A stretch of DNA of 64,000 bases, taken from positions 93,793 through 157,792 of IMG/VR virus record IMGVR_UViG_3300012983_000032; one strand, written 5' to 3'. The DNA comes from a virus (taxonomy: Duplodnaviria > Heunggongvirae > Uroviricota > Caudoviricetes). Below, in pieces: positions 37,958-52,200 of this stretch (the first letter of the stretch is position 1; each line of letters begins with the position of its first letter). The notes below the pieces were generated by a model. It made no database searches. It was not told the DNA's origin and saw nothing but the letters and a program-made list of their open reading frames with translations. The position numbers and the translations under genes are program-made.

Positions 37958-38530
37958 CTATTGTTGAGTAGACTCTGTTGATTGTGTGTCTGAACTATTT
38001 TCTAATGCTGCCGAAGCAAAAGCAACTTGATATGCAGTATTAAATCCTTGTAATAAGTCTCTTACTGCATCTTTATCCATGCCGTCCAAAACCCCAGGTT
38101 GAAGTGAGTCTTGTTGATTTCCGACATTTACTACAGTTTGATTTTGTGTCTGTTGTTTTTGTAACATAGCAAGTAATGCTTGCTGTTCTGCAGTCATAAG
38201 ACCAAATGTAGGTGCAATTATCTTTGAAATCCTATCATTAGTATTAACTGCATTATTACTAAACAATGCAATAATTTGGTTATCAGACATTTTAGGGAGT
38301 CTTTTTAATATCTCTGACTTTAATGATTCATTAAATGCAAGGTCTTTATTTGTTGCCTTAAATGCGTCTGCAACAAAATCTGCAAGTTTTTGTTCTACTG
38401 CCTCAACAGGTTTTACTATAACTGCATTATCAACATTTTCTATAACTTGTTGTGACCCTACAGTGTCGTGCAATTTTTCTAAAGTAGAAATAGTGCTAGT
38501 AATTTCTGGGGTTTCATTAATCTTGTCCAT
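37958..38530 (-). CDS. Hypothetical helical protein
   Basis: 190 aa, overlaps the upstream gene, Q/N-rich segment. Confidence 0.55.
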   Translation of the reverse strand: MDKINETPEITSTISTLEKLHDTVGSQQVIENVDNAVIVKPVEAVEQKLADFVADAFKATNKDLAFNESLKSEILKRLPKMSDNQIIALFSNNAVNTNDRISKIIAPTFGLMTAEQQALLAMLQKQQTQNQTVVNVGNQQDSLQPGVLDGMDKDAVRDLLQGFNTAYQVAFASAALENSSDTQSTESTQQ

Positions 38531-39056
38531 CTTTTCCCTCCTCTAGACTTTCTTCTACATTACTTACATTTTTTAAGGTGTTAATCTGTTCCTTAAGTTC
38601 TTCAATTTCTTTAGACTTTTTACTTCTTACTTTAGCACTAAGATAGTCTATAAACTTTTTCATTTGTTGCATTTTTGCACCAAATTTAACAGTAGACATA
38701 TCTTTATCTCCAATAAGTTCTTTAATATTAGCCCAATCATAGTTTCTAAAAGTTCTATAATAATAGGCTAACGCAATTTCTATTGTTTCTTTAAAGTCAT
38801 CTCTACTAGGGAACTTAACAGTTTTCCCACCCATGAGTTCCATGACTTCAACAAACTTTTCCATACCTAAAAGATTATACAATTCTACAAACACAAGTTT
38901 CTTGTCGTCTTTTTCTGCGTTTTTGTACATCTGTAATTCAAATATGTCTAAAATAGTTTTAGATGCTTCTGTCTCCGTCATAATTTCATTTATTTTTTGT
39001 TGAAAAAGCGATTTAGGCTTTTCAAACACCTCCAGGCTTTCATTGTCCTGTATCAT
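38517..39056 (-). CDS. Putative Mor-like transcriptional regulator
   Basis: LYNLLGMEKFVEVMELMGGKTVKFP resembles the Mor-family LIGxExxxKLxxxFGGxxIYIP motif, followed by an HTH-like WANIKELIG. Confidence 0.5.
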   Translation of the reverse strand: MIQDNESLEVFEKPKSLFQQKINEIMTETEASKTILDIFELQMYKNAEKDDKKLVFVELYNLLGMEKFVEVMELMGGKTVKFPSRDDFKETIEIALAYYYRTFRNYDWANIKELIGDKDMSTVKFGAKMQQMKKFIDYLSAKVRSKKSKEIEELKEQINTLKNVSNVEESLEEGKDGQD

Positions 39057-39285
39057 TTGATATGTTCCTTAAATTAAAATATTTTATTCTATTTAAATAG
39101 TTGTTATTTTACAAATGCAAAATACCAAGAATTAAGTGGAATTTTAGAAATTCAGAATCCAACTAATTAATATATGGAGGTAAACTCAAAAGAGTTTGGA
39201 GGTATTATAAAATAACATTATATCTACAATAGATATATTAGAGACAGAATTTTTAGTCTGTATCTATTTTTTTCACTAAATAATT

Positions 39286-39579
39286 ATGGAACAAACACCA
39301 AATAAAGACGAGTTTTATCAACTCTTTGCAAAAGAATCTTCAGAAAATACAGCAAGTAATTTCTTTTCTTATATGCTGGAACAATATCACTATCAACCTC
39401 AAAGGTCAGCAGAAGTATGCCCTGCACTATATGAGGAAATTTCAAATATTTTAGAAAAACAAGATTATGATAATAGACTTCTTCACGAAGTTTGTGATAA
39501 ATATATGAGAACTTTAGCAGAACAAGAAAAAAGAAAAAAACTTATTGCTGCTATATCAGGTAATGGGGGGATATTATAA
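39286..39579 (+). CDS. Hypothetical protein
   Basis: 97 aa; ATG 4 nt after ACTAAAT; TAATG coupling to the next gene. Confidence 0.6.
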   Translation: MEQTPNKDEFYQLFAKESSENTASNFFSYMLEQYHYQPQRSAEVCPALYEEISNILEKQDYDNRLLHEVCDKYMRTLAEQEKRKKLIAAISGNGGIL

Positions 39580-40175
39580 TGAAATGCGTTTCGGCTTATG
39601 ATTTTAATGACAGACTTATTGAGGGTAAAGTCTATACAAATAAAAAAGGTGAGTCTTTTATAATTAACGAACTTGGAGAGTCTTTAAGTACAAAAGATAT
39701 AAAGACTTATAGACTTTATGAAGAAATAGAAAATAATGAAGTTCAAGACCTTGTAAAAAAAGACTTAAACGACCTTAATATTGATGATAATAAAAAACTT
39801 AAAGACCTTACAGACACAGACTTAGAAAAAACTGCTGATGAAAGGGAAAAAGAATTACAAAATCAAGGGGTAGAAATTAAAGACGGTGAGTATAAAAACA
39901 GTTTTATTGCTGACGTTAATGCCGCAAAAGCTATGGACGGAGTTGAAAATGGTACAATCTCAGACTCTGTGGCTCTTGCAGAAGTAATGCCAGAATCAAA
40001 CAATCCTTATGATAGAGTAAGTAAAGAATTAGATAAGTATATTGAGACGATTACAATTTTTGACGAGTCTAAAGTTTTTAGTCATCTTTGTAAAACATTT
40101 AATTTGAAAGAAGATACTGTAAAAGGTGCATCCCTTTCAGAGTCAGTAAAGAATATTGCAAAAATGTTGAAATAA
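39579..40175 (+). CDS. Hypothetical acidic protein, possible head protein
   Basis: 198 aa; several L-x-E motifs (LIE, LYE, LSE). Confidence 0.55.
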   Translation: MKCVSAYDFNDRLIEGKVYTNKKGESFIINELGESLSTKDIKTYRLYEEIENNEVQDLVKKDLNDLNIDDNKKLKDLTDTDLEKTADEREKELQNQGVEIKDGEYKNSFIADVNAAKAMDGVENGTISDSVALAEVMPESNNPYDRVSKELDKYIETITIFDESKVFSHLCKTFNLKEDTVKGASLSESVKNIAKMLK

Positions 40176-40233
40176 AAATTATTTTTATTTTTAAAAATAA
40201 TTATTTTTTAATGGGGTATATACCCTCAATTAA

Positions 40234-40259
40234 AAAGCCTACCTTTTACGGTAGGCTTT
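40234..40259. terminator. Bidirectional Rho-independent terminator
   Basis: AAAGCCTACC-ttttac-GGTAGGCTTT with T-tracts on both strands, between convergent genes. Confidence 0.85.
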
Positions 40260-40263
40260 CTTT

Positions 40264-43200
40264 TTATCCTTCTTGACTTTCTGTATTTTCTGGATTATCT
40301 TCCAAAATCATATTTGCCATTTCAGATTTTTCTGTAGTTTCGTCTTCACCTAATGGTGCAAGATTACCGTTCTTTATGTAACAAGTGAAACTTGCATGTT
40401 GAGTATCAGTATGGAACTCAATAGGTGGGAATGTCGCATATGCAATCAATTCGTGGTTTTTATTAAATAATCCCAACTCAGTTACTCCTACAATATCTGC
40501 ACTCTTATCAATTTTATTTTCAAGTGCCATTGTACTGTTAACAGTATAGTTCAATTCTGCAAATGCAGCAACTCTATATCCAGCACCGTCCCAAATTACG
40601 TTTGGACTCTTTTCAAGAAGATTATTAACACCAACACTGAAAGTATTCTTAGCAGTAATACCATACTTAATAATAATATCAGATGTTCTATACTTATCAG
40701 CTGGTCTCAACATAGTAAAGTTAATCTTACCGTTTTTAAGGTCAACATACTCATCACTGTACATAATATCAATATTACCACTAGTATTACCACTCTTCTT
40801 GTAAACTACAGTACTATCAATATTAATGTATCTGTCGTCTTTTTCTACAGGTACCAATTCCATACTGTTAGTAGAACGTTGATATTCAAGAACTTCATGG
40901 TATTGTTTCCAACCCTCTTTAGAAGAATTATAAGTACTTGATATTCTTAATACCTGCCAGAATGGGTTTGATTCGTGGTCTTGTACATAGAAACCATTTT
41001 TGAACCATTCCTTACAAGAAACATACTTAGGTTTATTAGGAACATGGGCATTTTCAAGGTCTATTGTACCGTCAAGTACAAATGAAACTGCACCTTTAGA
41101 AATTATACCTGTGCTCTTTCTAATAACACCACCATCACAGTTTTCTTCTTTTATCAAACCTATATTTTTACTTTCTAACTTACTATATCCAATTATTTTT
41201 CCGTCTTCATTACATCTGTATATAGAGAATCCATTATTATTCTTAAAATCCTCTTTTGTAAATGCGTAGTTGTTTTCAGAGTTGAATATATCATTACCAA
41301 TCTGTAAAGGTGGCAATGGGTACCCTAACTCATTGAACCATACACGGTCAGGTGTAAACTTGTTAAAATCATTAAGATTTATTTCCTCAAAATTATCAGG
41401 CTCATTACAAGTTGTTGATTCTGCAAGAATAGTACTCTGAGTCAATACTTTAATTCTGATATAATGCTTTTCACCGTCATTAAGGTCTTCTTTAGAAGAA
41501 GTAATCCTATTAACAAGTTGAATAGCAGTATTCTTATCATTCTTCAAACTAAAATTTACTAAACTCTTAGTTGTATCCAAAGGATTATCCTTTGAAACCT
41601 TTTCTTCTTTAAGAGGTGCAGTTGAAACCAAAGTGTCTCCTACAATTACATATCCCTCACTTTGAATAAGGTTATAGAAAGAATTATATTTTGGTTTTCT
41701 CAACATAACTGGACCTTCAACACCAGAAATATATGTATATTCGTCAAGATTTATATCCAAACGGATAACATTAAATTCTACCTTATCAACACCATTATAA
41801 AGTACGAAAGGTTCACCATCTGTGTCAAGATACCACTTAAACTTACCTACAATTGACTTAATAGGTCTAAGTATTCTATCATCTACAGGTGCAGACTTAT
41901 CATATATGAACAATGGTAATTTAAGGTTAGAAGTAATTGAAGTTGGCATAACTATGTAGGCTGCGTCTTCATTAGTATCTGTTTCAGGTTTATAAGTCTT
42001 ACCAGTTTCTATAGTAATAATGTTATTCTTTGCACCACATCTTGTAAGTTCCTTACTTAAAGGATTTGCATTAGTGTCTAAACTAGAAACAACTTGGCTC
42101 ATAACATAAGTACCGTCTGCTGTTAAACTATAAGAACCAACTCTCTTTAAAGTCTTATCTGTAACATTTAAGTTAGGTGTAATATTAAATTGACTTATAT
42201 CGTCAAAATCTATATAGTCAGTATCATTATGAACTGCAAATCTTGCGTTATAAGGTAATGACAATATCTGAGAATTTTGTTCTCCACCGTCATTATTTAA
42301 TACATACATAGCTCTTATATAATCGGTATTCATATTAGAATCCAATGGATAATCAGTTTGGTTTAACGCATGTGCATAGTTCTGTTTATAAAGTCTATAT
42401 AAACAACTTGTAAAGATATCACCTATATACCCCTGCCATCTTACATTAGGGTCTTCATTTTCTTTCATAACTCTACAATCTTCGTGATAAGACATTACTA
42501 TACCCTTAATCTGTGAGTCCATAACGTCTTTAATATTAAACGCAAACTTCTTATCTTCTCTAAGATTAACAAATGCAATACCAACATCATAATATTGTTT
42601 AACAACTTGTAATATTCTAAAGAAGTATCCAAAGCTAGAGTCAAGATTAGTTGAAGAAACCCAATTTCCATTAACACCGTCATAATTAACGTCGTCACTA
42701 TGCCAAATTAACTTATAGATTTCAGAGTATAATACTTTTGTTTTATCAGTATATCTCTTAATACTATTTTGTACGTCAGTTACAGGAACTTTGTCAGAAA
42801 TATATTTTGTATCTATAAGTGTGTCTTTTAAATAATTAAATGCACTCTTTGAGAATCTATTATTATTTACATCTTCACCAAGATTTGTTGTAGTAAGGTC
42901 GGACTTTATTTTGTTGATAAATGCGTTCATTTCAACATTATGTTGCAACTTACTATTGTACTCTGATATAACTTTATTATATCCTACACCTTCGGCAGTT
43001 GCAGCCCAATTAAACATTAAATTGTATGCATCTTTAGTATTAGATATCAAGTCTCTAATAGTACCTACTGTAGTACTTCCTGTATTTAATGTATTTCCTG
43101 ACCCATAAGAGTCATTAATAATATTATTATACATAGAGTGTATTTGTACAACATTCTTACTATCTACATAATTTGAGATATAAGAATATATATTAGGTAT

Positions 43201-46200
43201 AGAAGAGTTTCTAACACTTGTATCTCTATAATATATAACATTTGCGTCTGCAACTAATCCACTCTTACTAGGGAACGAATCATTATAAATAGTTCTTAGG
43301 TTCTTGTATCTTTGTAAAGTACGATTTAACTTACTCTTTAAGTCATAGTCATTTTTAGAGATAAGGCTAAAGTCAGAACTTAAAAGACTAGTTCTACAAT
43401 TTAACATATTCTCTAATGGATAAATATTATTAAGAGTAGTCTGCATTGCAGTCTTTACACTATTCCAATGAGATATATCACTTTCTACATTTTGTTTTTG
43501 AATAGTCCATATGCTTAGGGCACTATTCACACGACTTATTACAACGTCACTATATTCCCTATAATTATCATTTCCATTCCAAACTCTCCAAGCGGAAACA
43601 TACAATTTACGAACAGACTCAAGTATACTTGAAGGTTTATTTAATCCAACAATACCATAGTCCTCAGCAGTAGTTGCACTTAATGAGTTTCCTGATGTTC
43701 CATAACCTACATTTACTCTGGCTATACCATTTCCTATATTTCTAATATACTCAGAACTATGATTTTCTACTGTATCCCAAGCTAACTTGAAATTGTCTGA
43801 TATAGGTTTAATATTATTATAAAAATTAACGTCATTTCCATTTACCATTCTATAATATAAATTATATAGATAATTTCTTCCTACATAGACGTAATTATAT
43901 TTGTAGGAAGGATAAAATCCAGAAACATAATATTCATTTATACTATTCTGTACATTCAAGAGTCTATTATTAACATCTGAAACCAGACTGTTAGCAGTAT
44001 CTACATCAACAAATGCATCTATTCCGTCTTTCAAAATATTATCAATAATGGAAACAGCAGTTGAAACAATACTTTTGCACATAAGTCTATAATCATCAAG
44101 ATTTGAATTATTATTACTACTACTACTACTTTTTCCATACCAGTCAGCAGACCACCAACGAGAATTGTCTGAGGTTGCATATTTACCTCCCCAAATACCT
44201 GTATGCCAACTATAACTTGTATAGTCGCTAGATAGACTTCTATAAGCTGTAGTTGCCTTATAAGTAGATATTGGTATAGTATCGTAAGGAACAGTTCTTT
44301 CATAGACTGTATAACTCTTTGTTTCATATGTACCATTTATCTCATCAAAAGAAGACATTCTACTAACAGTTCTATCTTTATCATATGAATATAACCCTCC
44401 TATTAAACTACTTAACCTATCTCTAGCATTTTTTAAATAAACCTTTGCACGGTTAAATGAATCTCTTGCACTAGTTACCCGACTATTCAATGTACTTAAA
44501 ATATTATTAGTATAACCTATGTAGTCATTAATTCCATTAATACAAGAGATACTTTTTTCATAAACCTTGGCTCTATATGTCCAACAATCAGTACAATCTT
44601 CTCCTGCATATGCACCACTCCAAGTACCACGATTATAATATGTCTTATCTGTGTCAGCATTAAATACACTATTTAATTCAGAAAGATAATTGTTTAAGGA
44701 GGTCTTATAACTTCTAAGTGTACTATTATAGTCAGATATACTAAAACTTGAAGCCTTATAATTATAATATTGACTATCCTTTATAGTGTTTATTTTAATA
44801 GAGGTTCCACTAGTAGAATCATATATATCACAACTATCTTTTGAGTCATATTTATCTTTTTCACTTTTTAAGTCATCTCTATAGTAAATAAGATTATTAA
44901 AATGCGTCTTTTCTGAATAGAATGTATTTGCAAATTCTAAAGGATTATTTGATAAATCATTTCTTAATGTTGAATCTAATTGTGAGTCAGACGCCCAACT
45001 TTCATTTGAGTGTGTGTTAACTCCTTGATAAAATCCCTTTGCAATTGGGATAAGAATACTTGAATAAATATCTCCATAATTACCAAAAGTTTGTTGCCAA
45101 TAACGTCTACCTTGAGTTAAGTTATTATAATCTGAGGTTAATAAGTTAATACTATTATTTGCATATTCAAGTCTACTATTACACTCTGATAGTCTTGCAA
45201 CAATATTTTCAGAAGTTTCGTTACAAGTAGTCTTACTCCCATTAGAAGGTTGTTTATAGACATGTACAGACGATGTATTATTGAGTACGTCTTTAAATGT
45301 AGTAGAGACATTAGCCTCAGACATACTAGAAGATTTTTCAGTATAAGAAATATTAGACTTATTATTATAGTCTGAAAGTGCAGCTTCAAGACCTGCAAGA
45401 GTATCTAACCAATTTTTGTATGAACCACTTACTTTCTGTACTGCAATAATATCTGCTTGAATCTGGTCAAGAGAATCCTGATTTGTAATGTTGGTATAGT
45501 TATAGTAATTAACCAAGTCCGACTTACAACTTTCAGTATTATTTGCCTTTGTGTCAAACCAATTATAAAGATAGTTAGTTCTCTCGGTCTTTGAAACCAA
45601 TTTTCTATTTGTAAATGTTGCCCAAAGAGGACTATTAGTAATACCATTATAAGTGTCAAATGCACTCTTAAGACTTGCCATAGAAGTGAACTTTACGTTA
45701 TCATCATGAGTAAATAACATACTAGACACTAATTCTGTTGGTTGAGTAGATATACTAAACTCTGGTTTAAATCTACCATAAAGTCTGTTATTATTAGCAG
45801 TATTTATCCAACTAGAGAATAAGTTTCTTATATAAGTATTTAATGAATTAACCTGACTTGTAAACACACTATTATATCTACTATTTATAGTAGAAGATAG
45901 AGTAGAAACAGTCGCAGCATTTACTAATCCAGCAGTAATAGTAACACCACTCATCTTAAGGAAGTTTTTATCTTCTGCCAATGGAGTAGTAATATTAGTA
46001 TTAATAATAGATGCAATAGTATCCTCTGTATAAACTTTTGCTTGATTACTTAATGATAACCCATACTCGTCATTAGACCAAGAAGTCCCAGTTAACTGAG
46101 TGTCTATAGTATCACTGAAATTAGCCAAGTTAAATTTACTTTCTTCTTGATACCTCTTAAAGTCTGAACTTCCATTATAATCAAAACTATCTGGTAACCC

Positions 46201-49200
46201 CTGATTAATAAACTTATATACTGTGTCTACAGCAATAGGTATATCTTTATAGTTACTAGACATCCAGTCGTTTGCAAGGTTTGAGTCAACGTCTGTATGA
46301 AGTTTAGATAGTTCCTCTTTTAATGAACCTAACAAATCATACAAGTTTAATACTGTATACTTATCAATTGTGTCATTAAGTTTAGCGACTCCTTCTACAG
46401 CAGAAGATATTGTTTTATTATCCAAGTTTGTTTTGAAATTATTTATAAACTCGGTATCTTCCTCTTCGTCATTCATTGGACCAAGAATTAATTTAGCCGC
46501 AGTTCCGAAGTCTTCCATTACTCCGTCCCATGTATCTGCCAATGAGTCATAGTTGAATTTAATATTTTTAATTTTAGTATTTAATTCATTGTATGTATCA
46601 AACTCACCATTTATGATAGAACTAAAGGCATCAAGTAAGATTTGACTATTTTGATAGTCTGGGAGTAAAGACTGTTGTAATTCAAATGTTAATGGTACCT
46701 CAGTACCCATTAATCTACTATCGTCATCTTCAAGGAACCCATTCTCTCTAATAGTAGTATTATAAGTAATTTCTTCATTTATTAAGTATGGACCTATCTC
46801 AGTATATCCATTCTTTTCATTAGGTATATTTTTTAATACAAAAGGTGTAACATTTACAAGTCTAGGAGAACTATAGAACTCATCCCACTTTACGTTAATA
46901 GTCATAGTATCCTCATAGTAGTCATAGTTAACTTTTAATACCAATGTATTGTCAGTCTCTTTACTATACTTAAATATATCACCATCTTTATCAAAAACGT
47001 GAGGTTTTGAAGTTAAATAAGGTAAGTTGTTTTCAAATGTATACAAGAAAGAACTTGTAACGTCAACACCATTATATTTTACACTCCATCCTTCAAATCC
47101 AGGTACACCATTTCCAATAAACTTACCAATATATGTATCAAATAATCCTATAGGGAATTTAATGATATGATAATCCATAGAACTATCATTTCCACAATTT
47201 GAGACAGTTATAGTGTTATATGCTTGCCAAGAACGAATTCTGAATTTGTCTCTATTATTTGCAGTTTCTGTATTTTCTTCAAGAACTTTTTTATCAAAAA
47301 TAAAGTTTCTATCCACCATTCTACATTCTGCAAGATTATTAAAATATGGGTCTGTACTATCAATATGACTTGGTATTAATTCAAAATCATACTTATCGTC
47401 AAAACGTTCGTCTCCAATAAATACTGCAAACTCACGAGTTCTTGCCTCTTCTTGACCAACTGCACGTTTTTTAATATCCCAGTCATTATAGTAAACAGTA
47501 GTAATTTTACCCAAGTCTACTACAGGGATAGCAACTTCAAAATTAAATACGTCTATATTAACATTCAAGAGTCTTGTTTCATATGCAGAAATAGAATTTC
47601 TAGAAATCAAGAAACTTACTGCATCAACAAGACCTTCTCCACCATTAGCTCTTTCACCACCTTGGTTAAAGATTAATGGACCAGAAATATTGTATGCGTT
47701 AGGATTGTTACATACAAGGTCTTTACTACCCATATAATTATCTTCACTAGCGTCTTCGTCATATTCCCATCCGATAGGTTTGAATATTACATCAAGAACT
47801 TCTGAGTTATCATCTTGCATAGTATTGAAGTTAAAACCTGTATAAACATATTTACCTGTAACGTCAACATTATTCTCAAGATTAGCTCTACTCTCAGTGA
47901 AGTCATACTTACGTACAACTATAGGGCAAGTAGCATTTCTAAACTCAATACTAGGTGAAGGCATAATGTCGTTAATACTTGGAGACCAAGATAATAAGAA
48001 CTCTTTCTCATACATTACGTCTCTATAACTATAACTAACCTTAAATCCAAGGATTTCACCGCCTTTAAATATTGTACCATTAGATTCAAAATTAAATAAG
48101 TTTCCATTTATAGCTGTGCCAAGGAATTTATCAATTCTATTAACAAAACTCAATGTATTTTCGTTAATAGTTATCCAGTCATTAGCGTCTACATATGCAG
48201 TGTATACTGTATTGGCCATAGTTTTACTCATACGGAATTCAACATTAAATTTTCTACCTGTTTCATCCAAACTATCCAAGTCATTATACAAGTTTCTACC
48301 ATTTTTATATACAAAGAATGGTTCTGTAAATGTAAGAGGTTCAGTTATCTCTTCACCATTGTAAATTATAATAGGAGATTGTTCACCTGTAGAGTCAATA
48401 TCATATGCAGCAAATACCTGAGGTTCTACGAATTCACAGGCAGTAAATTCAGTATGTACTTCCCAAGGGGTTTTTTCTTTGTCATTATTGTTTCCACTAA
48501 GAATAACGTCTTTTTTAAACTTACCACCAAATACCTCTCTACTAACACCTGTTCTGTCACCATTTTCAATGAACATTTCACTATTATATGAAGTAATTTC
48601 ATTACCTATAGCGTCAGTTAAATAGATATGGTCACCGTTTACATTCTTTACAAAATCTTTTTCAAATGCAGCTGGGTCTTTTTGCCAAGGTAACTCATAC
48701 TTCCACATATCTGTATTATTACGAGTTCCACCATATCCATAGTTAGATAAGAATACACCTGTTATAGGTAAGTCTATTTCCGAGTCTTCCTTATAAATAT
48801 TATCTAATGGGGTGTTTGTAAATCTTATAATTTCCCCACCGTGAGTATATGGCATATAAACTTTTGAAGAAATAAATCTCTTATTTCTAATAGGGAAGAA
48901 TCCTTCTTGATTATTATACCAATATTCAGTACCGTTATAGTTTAATTTTGAGTACTTAGTTTTATCTTCCTCACCATCATTATAAGTAACCGTACTGATA
49001 GTATTTTCTGAAACACCTTCTGCGACTGTAGAGTTCAAATATTCTGCAAACTCTTTATCATCAGTGAATAACAAGTCTCTAAGATGAGTAATAGTATTAG
49101 CCGTATTATTCAAGTTTATAATTACTCTAGGGAACTCTCTGTCTGTATTAAAGTAGTCAACCTTTACTTTTTGTACACCGATTAAAGACATCATAACCTT

Positions 49201-52200
49201 GTCTTCTTTTCTTGCGACAGGGTCTTTTTCTGCGTCAACTAAACTACTATACTTTGTATTATATGCAGAGTCATAAATCTCAAAAGAGTTTTCACTTTTA
49301 ACCCTTGTTGCAAAATTACTTGCAGTATTATAGTTATGACCAACAAACATATAATTACCAGATGCATCACAAAGTTTAATTTCTGAGTCAAACTGGTTTG
49401 TCATATAATCTACTTTTGTAATAGTAGTTATTGGTTCTTCACCCTCAGCAGATTCAATGATTTCATCTTCATTAAGCTCTATTTCTGTGTAAGTATAATA
49501 TAATTTATCCTCGTCTTCTGAGTATGCAGGGTATCCAAATGGTTCATTGCGTTTTTCTTCTTCTGTTAAAAGTTCACGATATGAATAAAATCTATTTGCA
49601 TATTGTTTTCCGTCAACTTCTACTACTTCTGCAACCTTTAAGTCACCCCAGTCATTAATATACTTATTGATATTGTCAGTATTCAAATACTTGTACTGGT
49701 CAGTTATATCTGCCTCAGTTCTGAATGATATCAATACATCAACCTTACCGTCACCTGTTGGGAATAATCCACCGGATAATGAAACAAAGTCTAGTCCTTT
49801 ATCAGTAACTACAATATCTTTTGTAGTTATTGCTTGAGAACTTGCAAGGTGGAAGTAAGACGCATTTTTTGTTACATACAATCTGTACTTTGCAGAAGGG
49901 GCTGTTGAAGTAGTAAGATTATTATTAGATACAGAAGCCGATAAAATGGTTCTACCTCTCATACCTACTGAACTATCAATATCAAATTGTTCAGAAATTC
50001 CGTATTCTTTATCTTCGTCAGTAAGAGTCTTTATTTCAATATTATTTTCAAAATCATAAAGTCCATTGTCATTTATATTCAAAATATAACCAGAATTATT
50101 AAATACTTCTTCACCTGGTGTAGAACAGTAGAAATAATATTTATTATTCAAGAATCTTATAGAAGTAATATAATAACTTAATGAAACTGATTCCCCTAAT
50201 GAAGGCAAATTAGCCTTTCTGAAAGAATTTCCACCGTCGTTTGAATAAAGTACAGTTGGAGTTGTTAAGTTTTCATATTCTGAGTTTTCAAACAAAGAGT
50301 TCAAATATTCTTGATTAACATGCTCTTCACCTACTGCCTTTTCATAATCACTTTTAATTTTATCTCTACTTAAAGTATATCCACCCAATATAATGAGGTC
50401 TTCTCTTATATAAGAGCAAACTGGTTTGAAAATAGAGTTAAGACGTTTATAAATTGTCTGAGGCACACTTATAACATTTTCACTATTATTGTCGGCATAT
50501 ATAAAGTAGAAATTTGTCTTTATAGTATCGTCAACATATGTATAAATGAAATTATCAGGGTAAGAACCAACAGTCCAGTTATTCAAATTTTCAATATCAT
50601 CACGTTTTGTAAGTTTTTCAAGTCCAACACGATATAAGAAACCTTGCTCGTCTAACATAAACAAATTATTGTCAGTAAATTGTGCCTTATTTATGTTAGA
50701 AGACATGTTTAAGTCGTCGTCTAATGTATATCCGAAAATCTTACTTAAAATATATACATAGTCACCATATGCTGCCTCATAATTAAAGTCAGTGTAGTCT
50801 GGTTTCAAAGGAACATCTAACTCATAAGTAAGACCGTCCTTAATCATTGCCATCTTCTTTTTACATACACCTGCAGTATAAAGCTTATCAGGAATATTTC
50901 TTTCTACAAATCCTATCCTTGGGAAATAAAGTTTGATAGACCAATTTGTAGAAGTATGAGTATATGTAATACGGAATCCGTAAGAAGTATTAAGAGTAGT
51001 TGTATTAAGATTCTGTCCTTCAACAGTTGATACTGCCTGACCAATAATTTCTTTGAACTGGTCAAATGTTGCAGTGTTAGTATATATTCCTAACCAGTTC
51101 TTTATGTTTGTTATTGCTTGACTAGCACTACTATTAATCTTTACACCGTTAACAAGAATACCACTTGAAGAAGTACTTAAACTATCCAAGTATTCTTTCA
51201 TTGCAGTACCTATATCCTCAGCGAAAGAACTTAATATCTCTACATCCATAGAACGATAAATAGTTTCTTCTCTATTAGAGAAGATAGGTGCTTTAGCATA
51301 TTTCCAATATGATTCACCTGTAACTCTACCATTATATCCATATTCAAATGTGCCGTCAGGGTTTTCAAGTTTTTCTACTATTGCAGTAGGAGACTTGATA
51401 AAGAAATCTCTTCCCTTAGCATATAATTGATAATTACCTATTGTATCAGAAGCAACTAATGCTCTACTGTTAATAGTGTCAGAAATATTTAATCTGTTGC
51501 CTACAAATTTTAACTCCATAGTGTCAGTTAAATAAGGTCCACAACTAAGTGGTTCTTCAACTTCATAGAAGTCATATTTCTTTGTAGTATTTGTTGCTGG
51601 AAGAGACTCTTCTGTATTTAACTTTAATGTACCTCTTCTAAGTGCAACGTCTTTTGTAAATACAAGATTTAATTCAGACTCAACCTGTCTAACGTCTTCA
51701 ATGTTAGTAGTATAAGTTTCACCTGCAATACCACTAATAACACTGTTTTGGAAGTCAACAAACTGTTCAATATCTTTTACTGCGTCAACCTTATCTGAAC
51801 CTATTTCAATCTTTTCATCTGTATTAGAATTGAAGTCACTACCATATGCAGCGAGAGGAGTTCTAACAGGGTCACTACCCTCTTCATTAGTAATAGTATA
51901 TGTAATAATCCCTGCCTCGTCTGTAAACATAGGAGACATATATAATATACCAGATATTTCACTTGGTGTTTCTTCTGTTGTAAATCCATAAATTGATGAA
52001 GTTACAGAGTTTATATCTGTCCCCTCTTTTACCTCTACAAGCCAAGTGTCATTATCATAATCAAAGTCCAAACTGAATACTTCTTGAGATTCAGTTAAAT
52101 TGTCATTATTTCTACTTGTTGATAAAATTGCACGACTACAGTCAATGGTATTCCCAATTGAACCAATATCACAATTATAATTATAATATGCAATACCGTC

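Noticed and set aside
37958..38530. Terminase small subunit call
   Set aside because: The helical Q/N-rich character is suggestive, but there is no diagnostic motif and it is far from terL; left as hypothetical.
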